Shown here: positions 58,230 through 64,000 of the stretch, one piece after another | Position numbering within the stretch: the stretch's first letter is position 1 | Layout: each line of letters opens with the position of its first letter | Origin: Bacillota bacterium | GTDB taxonomy: Bacteria; Bacillota; DTU025 | Direction: 5' to 3' | NCBI GenBank assembly: GCA_050951805.1 | Contig: JBMNJT010000003.1 | Coordinates: 1-64,000, forward strand | DNA length: 64,000 bases | Program-made: the position numbers and the translations under genes | Notes under the pieces: model-generated | What the model was told of the DNA's origin: nothing | The model's input: the letters and a program-made list of their open reading frames with translations, nothing else | The model's database searches: none

Positions 58230-59749
58230 GCCTTGACCACTCCTTCAGCCCGTGCAGGCAAGAGCTTGTCGTAGACTGCGGAATCTGGATTGTAAGCTGC
58301 TACTTCAATTGGCGTGTATCCCTCGGCAATAGGTTCGGGAAGCCCGTTTTCGGGGTTAAGCGCATACAGCTTGAGCTCAACGTTCGCGGGGTTGGCGCGC
58401 CTATCGGCTGGCAACGCCTCAAGCGCCTCAGCTACTTCGTCTATGGAATACATCTTCAGCATGTCTCTCACGAACCGTACTCTAGCTGACCGTTCCGATG
58501 CATTCGCCTCCTTGAGGTAGGCTTGGACCGCCTTCGGAAGATAGCGGAACATAGCTGAATGCACGGCAGCTCGTGGCCTACGTGAGTAGATCTCAAAATG
58601 GGCCAGCCAGTCAATTGGTTGCTCTTTGAGCATGTAGTGCCTTGGCAGCGTTGTGAGCGCTTCGCCTTCCCGGTTCCGCACCTCGATGCGATCCCAATAC
58701 ACACTGAGCAAAACCTTCTGCCGTGGTTTCCCCTGTGGCACTGAATAGGTTTCCGACTCGAAGCGGAATTGAGCATAGTTGTTTAATACTGCAGCATCAA
58801 GCCGCACAGCCTCGAATGGAACGCTTGGGAGCGGCAGCAACGCTGATTGCTCTTCTCGCCACATGTCGGCTATAGTCCTGCCCTTCTTGTAATGAATGCG
58901 ATCCATGTCGCGGATAGCTTTAATTGCCAGTTGTTCGCCGAGCTCCTCGAAACTGTTGAGGGGCTGAAGAGGGCATAGCCATTGCCGGCGTGAGTATCCT
59001 ACCTTGTTTTCAACATTTCCTTTCTCGTTGCCTCGAGCCGGCGCACAGAAATCAACATCGAAGCGATAATGGAGCTGAAAGCGCATGAACGCCTCCGTAA
59101 GCGTGCGTTCTTCGCCCTTCCCTATGGTTGCTACCATAGTCGTCGCATTGTCCAATACTAGCCTCTGCGGCACACCCCCTGCCTGCTCAAACAGAAGGCG
59201 AAGACCCTCCAGAAGGCACTCACCGTTCTCTGATGGCATTGGAACCGCAAAGCCAGCGTTTGACCATGGAAACGAAAGAACAAGCGCCTTGGCTTCCACG
59301 ATCTTTCCATCCCGAACACAGCGGATTGTTCCGAAATCCGCCTGGGCTTCTCCAGGTTCGTGCACGAGTTCAACGTAGGCCGTGGGTTCGGGTTCTTCCT
59401 TGAGCAACTCTTTCCGCCGATTTCGAACATACTCCCTAACTGTGCGTTCACTGCCTTTAAAGCCATGTTTATCTCGCAGCTCCCTATAGATGGCTGCAGC
59501 ATTTCGCCGATCCTTTCTCTGCAGCAATTGATCCTCAAGCAGCCAGGTATCTACAATGTCTGCCACGGGATCCATTACAGGCCTACGCTTCTTTCTAACC
59601 GTAGGCGGCGATTCATTCCAGTCCTCCTTGTAAGCATATTTTGCCGCCGTTCTCCAACACACGTCGACTTTCCTGGCAATTTCGCTGATAGATGCACCTT
59701 CGTTTTCGAAGGCATGCTTGATATAATACTGTACAGGCATAGCGATCAC
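58226..59749 (-). CDS. istA: IS21 transposase IstA
   Basis: HTH SISEIAR, PGEAQADFG, GGVPQRLVLDN, GNEKGNVENKVGY. Confidence 0.95.
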   Translation of the reverse strand: MIAMPVQYYIKHAFENEGASISEIARKVDVCWRTAAKYAYKEDWNESPPTVRKKRRPVMDPVADIVDTWLLEDQLLQRKDRRNAAAIYRELRDKHGFKGSERTVREYVRNRRKELLKEEPEPTAYVELVHEPGEAQADFGTIRCVRDGKIVEAKALVLSFPWSNAGFAVPMPSENGECLLEGLRLLFEQAGGVPQRLVLDNATTMVATIGKGEERTLTEAFMRFQLHYRFDVDFCAPARGNEKGNVENKVGYSRRQWLCPLQPLNSFEELGEQLAIKAIRDMDRIHYKKGRTIADMWREEQSALLPLPSVPFEAVRLDAAVLNNYAQFRFESETYSVPQGKPRQKVLLSVYWDRIEVRNREGEALTTLPRHYMLKEQPIDWLAHFEIYSRRPRAAVHSAMFRYLPKAVQAYLKEANASERSARVRFVRDMLKMYSIDEVAEALEALPADRRANPANVELKLYALNPENGLPEPIAEGYTPIEVAAYNPDSAVYDKLLPARAEGVVKA

Positions 59750-60029
59750 TCCACGTTACCTCCCCTATTGGTCACATCCAAATCTAGGGAGGTATTCTTG
59801 TGGCGTGGTGGTTATGCCTTCTTAATCTTCAATTTCTCCTGTGACATTTTGGCTGCCGTTCTCTGTATTTCTATTATGCCGAAAACAGCGTTGGAGCCCA
59901 GCGAGGAGGCGGGATGCAGCATTCTCTGCGTCGGGCAACTACTTTTTAAGCAGTGGTGTAACGAGTGAGCGGAAGAGGCTTCGGTTTTGCGGGAGACCGG
60001 CGCGAGTTTGAAGCCAGGCGCATTCATGA

Positions 60030-60941
60030 TCAGCGTTGCAGGGATTTCTTGTGGACTGTGCCGTTATCCTTATGTGAATTACAGTCGAACGCGGTGGAGT
60101 CCTCTTGATCATCGCCGTAAGCCCATGTGATGGCCTGTTTTGTCACTGCCTTGTAGTAATGGTCCATGGTCTGGATGAATGTCCGGCTCAAGTTGGTGTT
60201 ACCTTGATCCCGCAAAGGAAGCGGCCCTAGATGCTTGATGGCAACGGCGTCGATAGAGGGAGGCACAATGGAGATAGCAACATGGTCTAAGTGCTCAACA
60301 TCGCCGTTCCAGAATTCCTCGGGGGACGGGCAGAGATCTTCGGCCAGCGCGGCTGCAGCATCTGTGCAGCGTGTTGTGTTCTCAGGCTCGGATGCTTCCT
60401 GGCATGCTGCTTGAGAGCGCTTGCGCCTCAACGAAATGAGCAGGTCTTCCTTTCTCATTCCCCTCAAGAGGAAGAGGAGAAAAGGGTCGCGGTCGAACTC
60501 CTGCGCTAAGACATAGTGGACGGCTGCAATGTGCTTGCAGGGGTTGGCCCAATCAGGGCAAGTGCACGATGTTGCCAAGTCTTCCTCTGAGACGGGAAAG
60601 AGGGCCGCATCGCATTGCGCGAAAGCTTCTTCGATGTTCTCAGGCATTTCGCCGGCCAAGAGGCTGGCGGCAAACGCCGCGCTTTCGGCCATGGCGGTTG
60701 TCACGCGATCCCAGTCCGATTCGTTTAGGGGCTTCATCCTTATTTGAACCTTGTATGGCCGAGAGCGGGAACCCTGCACCTTGGCTTCCGCCATGCCGGG
60801 GCTAACATCTACGGACAGAACATTACCCGCCCGCGCATATGACCTGCCTCTTTGCAGTCGGTTTGCCCAGCCGAAATTCTCCAGGGCAAAGGTCCACCTT
60901 TTCGCCCACCAGCTGCCGCCGAATTCATTTTTCCGCGCCAT
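60030..60941 (-). CDS. SWIM zinc-finger protein
   Basis: RLQRGRSYARAG, VQGSRSRPY, CTCPDWANPCKH, DPFLLFLLRG. Confidence 0.92.
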   Translation of the reverse strand: MARKNEFGGSWWAKRWTFALENFGWANRLQRGRSYARAGNVLSVDVSPGMAEAKVQGSRSRPYKVQIRMKPLNESDWDRVTTAMAESAAFAASLLAGEMPENIEEAFAQCDAALFPVSEEDLATSCTCPDWANPCKHIAAVHYVLAQEFDRDPFLLFLLRGMRKEDLLISLRRKRSQAACQEASEPENTTRCTDAAAALAEDLCPSPEEFWNGDVEHLDHVAISIVPPSIDAVAIKHLGPLPLRDQGNTNLSRTFIQTMDHYYKAVTKQAITWAYGDDQEDSTAFDCNSHKDNGTVHKKSLQR

Positions 60942-60992
60942 GAACCAATAGCCTCCCATGCGCCGCTCGGGTTATCCGCCGAGCTATTGACG

Positions 60993-63900
60993 CTAGTCGT
61001 CGTCGATGATGCTTTCGTCTCTAAGGGTGAATATGTTGCGCAATTCATCGGTGGACATTTCCGTGATCCACTCTTCGCCCGTTCCGATTATGCTGTCCGC
61101 CAATGCTCTTTTCTCATCTATCATCTGGTCAATTTGTTCTTCAACGGTGCCTCCGCAGAGGAATTTGTAGACATTGACGTTTTTCTTTTGGCCTATGCGA
61201 AAGGCCCTGTCCGTTGCCTGGTCCTCCACGGCGGGGTTCCACCAACGGTCAAAATGAAATACATAACTTGCCTGCGTCAGATTGAGCCCCAGGCCTCCGG
61301 CTTTGAGGGAGAGAATGAAGATGGGCGGCCCGTTGGGATCGTTTTGGAACCGCTCTATCATTCTGTCTCTTTCCTTTTGCGGCACGCCACCGTGAAGGAA
61401 CAACACTTCTTGCCTGAGTGCTTTGGAAAGGTAGTGCTTGAGGAGTGTTCCCATTTCGGAAAACTGCGTGAAGATAAGGGCTCTGTCCCCTTCTTCCACT
61501 ATCTCATCGAGCATTTCCTCAAGGCGCGAGAGTTTCCCTGACCGTCCTTCCAGCCTGCTGTTGTCATGCAGGAATTGCGCAGGATGATTGCAGACCTGTT
61601 TCAGCTTGAGAAGAGCCGCAAGAATAGCTCCTCTTCGCTCCATGCCTGAAGCTTCTTCGATGGTGGCGATCATGTCGCGGACAACCGCTTCATACAGGGT
61701 TGCCTGCTCCTTTGTGAGACTACAATAGACTTTGGTCTCATGCTTTTCCGGTAGGTCCTGTATTATTAGCGGGTCAGTTTTGACTCGACGCAAGATGAAG
61801 GGGGCAGTCAGCTTGCGGAGCCGGGCGGATGCTGCGGCATCGCCATAGCGCTCTATCGGCGTTGCAAAGTGTTGCCTGAAGCCTGCGGCTGAGCCAAGGT
61901 AACCGGGGTTGAGAAAATCCATGATAGACCACAGTTCAAAGAGACGGTTTTCTACGGGGGTCCCGGTCAAGGCCACCCTGAAATCCGCGGTCAGCCTGCG
62001 GGCGCTCTGAGCCTGCTTTGTGCCGTGGTTCTTTATGTTCTGTGCCTCATCCAGCACCAGCGAATTCCAGTGGAGCGATGAGAGTGTATCCTCGTCGCGA
62101 GAAAGCAGCGCGTACGTGGTGATAACCACATCGCTTTGCTTGGCTTCTTGGGCGAACTCGTCTCCTATCAGCCTGTCTGATCCGTGATGGAGCATCACAT
62201 TGAGGGAAGGGGCAAACCTGGCCAGCTCCCGCTTCCAGTTTCCCGCTACAGATGTAGGACAGACGAGTAATGACGGGCCGGGGTCCTTCTCGTAAAGGAG
62301 CAGAGCGATGATCTGGATCGTCTTGCCAAGCCCCATGTCGTCAGCGAGACAGGCGCCTAGCCCCCATTGCTTCAGAAAGGCTAGCCAAGAGTAGCCCCTG
62401 ATCTGGTATGGGCGGAGATTTCCTACGAATCCTTCGGGTTGAGGAAGCTCAGAGATCTTCTCGCCGGAATTGAGCCGGTCGAGGAGCTCTCCCATCCAGC
62501 CATCTGCTTCGATGGCTGTGACAGGAAGTCCGGTTTGAGCCTCTATTTCCTCCCCCATGCCCAAAGACAGAGAGAGTATCTCCTGCACACTCATTTGCTG
62601 TCGTCGCTTTGGGTTGTTCCAGAACCTAATGGCGGCCTCAACGTCATCAGGCCGTATTACAACCCACTCTCCCCTCACTTTTACGAGCGGCACCTTCAGC
62701 GAGGCGAGCCTGTCAAATTCCTCTGAGCTCATCTCCTGATCCCCGATGGCCACTTTCCAGTCGTAGTCCACCAGGGTGGAGGCGGTGAGGCGGCTTGACG
62801 CTGCCTGGCCGCCTACTTTGAGCGTGATGCCCACATTGGCAGCGTTACCTGAAGTTCGATCCCACCATGGTGGGACCAGCGTTCCATAGCCACCCTCTTG
62901 CAGAAGAGGACATATATCGCGCAGAAAGGAGTATGCCTCTGCCGGCGAGAGTTGGCACGATTCGGGGCATGGGTCCTTCAGGCTTTCTTCGACTTGGGGG
63001 ATGAACGAGCTCACACGGGCCAGATCGGCGAGAAGCCTCTCCTGCGGGTTCTCAAATCTTTTTCCTAGGAACCGAAGGACGCCTCCGCTTTCCTCCCATA
63101 CCTTCTCTGCGGGTACGAGCACAGACGGGTCGTCTACCGCCTGCAACAGGTATCTCAATGTCCATGGATCTTTTGGGTCTTCGGGCGTCTCCAGCTTGAA
63201 GCATGTCCGAAACCCGCCTTGCGGACCAGGCGTTTCTGCTTGAGCGGCCCACTCCTTCACCGCTCTGGACAGGGAGCGGACGTCGGATTTGTCTCCGCTG
63301 ATGCGCGAGTCCTCTCTGGCCAGGTTTGCGATCCACGAGTGGGTGGGGGAAACGACTCCCAAAAGCTCCATGGTGAGCCTGTTCTCTGCCTCGTCGCCAC
63401 GCTGGCCCAGGGCCTGGGCACGTGAAATCATCTCGCTCCGTTCGTTTTCGAGGATGGCTCTAACAGTTTCATCCATTGCTGTGCATATGAAGCTTTGAAG
63501 CAAATCCTCTTTGCAAAGGATCGAGTCCGTTGCCTGAGCGAGAGTCATTCCTGCCTCTCCAGAGCGGGCCTTGGTATGAGGCAAAACCGCCCTCGAGATG
63601 CCTGGCATAGCCTGGGCCAGTGCATCGATGCGAAGGATGTCGGTTTGTTCGTCTAATACGGGGAGCCAGACTCCCCTGAAGGAAGAGCACTGTTTGCGCT
63701 CTGATGCGCGGGCGCCCGCTGCCTGGCAGATGCCTGGAAGAAAGCGTTGCCTTGCCACGAGCTCCAGGACGAGCTTAGCAGCCAAAGACCAATATCGGAC
63801 GTCTGCTCCCAGCATGACTGGATGTTGCCCCTGAAGGCTGCATGGCAGGATCCTGGCGCTGTCAGGCAGCGCGGAGAAGATTTTGACAGCGTCCGGAGCT

Positions 63901-64000
63901 GCAATGGCGATCCCGTTCACCTGGAATAGTTCGAAGGTGGCATGAGCTTTTTGGCCGAAGGCATCCGGTTCCTCCAGAGACTCTGTCTGGCTGCCCAGGT
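60993..64000 (-). CDS. SNF2-family (DEAD/DEAH-like) helicase/ATPase, N-terminus outside the window
   Basis: LRPYQ, LADDMGLGKT, LDEAQNIKN, LTGTPVEN, LSLKAGGLGLNL, DRWWNPAVEDQATDRAFRIGQ; the frame stays open to the window edge. Confidence 0.95.
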   Translation of the reverse strand, partial: LGSQTESLEEPDAFGQKAHATFELFQVNGIAIAAPDAVKIFSALPDSARILPCSLQGQHPVMLGADVRYWSLAAKLVLELVARQRFLPGICQAAGARASERKQCSSFRGVWLPVLDEQTDILRIDALAQAMPGISRAVLPHTKARSGEAGMTLAQATDSILCKEDLLQSFICTAMDETVRAILENERSEMISRAQALGQRGDEAENRLTMELLGVVSPTHSWIANLAREDSRISGDKSDVRSLSRAVKEWAAQAETPGPQGGFRTCFKLETPEDPKDPWTLRYLLQAVDDPSVLVPAEKVWEESGGVLRFLGKRFENPQERLLADLARVSSFIPQVEESLKDPCPESCQLSPAEAYSFLRDICPLLQEGGYGTLVPPWWDRTSGNAANVGITLKVGGQAASSRLTASTLVDYDWKVAIGDQEMSSEEFDRLASLKVPLVKVRGEWVVIRPDDVEAAIRFWNNPKRRQQMSVQEILSLSLGMGEEIEAQTGLPVTAIEADGWMGELLDRLNSGEKISELPQPEGFVGNLRPYQIRGYSWLAFLKQWGLGACLADDMGLGKTIQIIALLLYEKDPGPSLLVCPTSVAGNWKRELARFAPSLNVMLHHGSDRLIGDEFAQEAKQSDVVITTYALLSRDEDTLSSLHWNSLVLDEAQNIKNHGTKQAQSARRLTADFRVALTGTPVENRLFELWSIMDFLNPGYLGSAAGFRQHFATPIERYGDAAASARLRKLTAPFILRRVKTDPLIIQDLPEKHETKVYCSLTKEQATLYEAVVRDMIATIEEASGMERRGAILAALLKLKQVCNHPAQFLHDNSRLEGRSGKLSRLEEMLDEIVEEGDRALIFTQFSEMGTLLKHYLSKALRQEVLFLHGGVPQKERDRMIERFQNDPNGPPIFILSLKAGGLGLNLTQASYVFHFDRWWNPAVEDQATDRAFRIGQKKNVNVYKFLCGGTVEEQIDQMIDEKRALADSIIGTGEEWITEMSTDELRNIFTLRDESIIDDD

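Larger units (their letters stand above)
57356..59887 (-). mobile_element. IS21-family element, apparently intact
   Basis: TGTTT...AAACA ends; istA-istB with overlapping start/stop; flanks gcgttggagtc and gcgttggagcc. Confidence 0.92.

Overview
The window has two parts. (1) About 1-40 kb is a co-oriented (+ strand) Rhs/YD polymorphic toxin region. Its centre is an outer-membrane secretin gene (16483-18003) followed after 11 bp by a 2036-aa Rhs protein with a Sec-type signal peptide and a HExxH metallopeptidase tip (18015-24125), then two paralogous exported immunity candidates. Around it lie about ten orphan or decayed toxin-tip/immunity cassettes. The tips resemble an ADP-ribosyltransferase, a His-Cys protease, an RNase and a lytic transglycosylase, and some are unrecognised. 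The region also has RCC1-repeat and HEAT-repeat partners, a 1932-bp tandem duplication and broken IS110, IS21 and IS256 elements. (2) About 40-64 kb is intact metabolic DNA: a DUF2804-like gene, a cobalamin salvage cluster with two B12 riboswitches (including a BtuD-CobU-CblS triple fusion and a CobQ lacking its glutaminase domain), an RMD1-like gene, an Fe3+/thiamine-family ABC transporter, an intact IS21 element and a SWIM-SNF2 pair running off the right edge. A secretin together with Firmicutes-style genes (cblS) suggests a diderm Firmicute, which is an inference. The best candidate for an undescribed system is the stand-alone secretin plus signal-peptide Rhs toxin operon. All family calls are from motif recognition by eye; no database searches were run.
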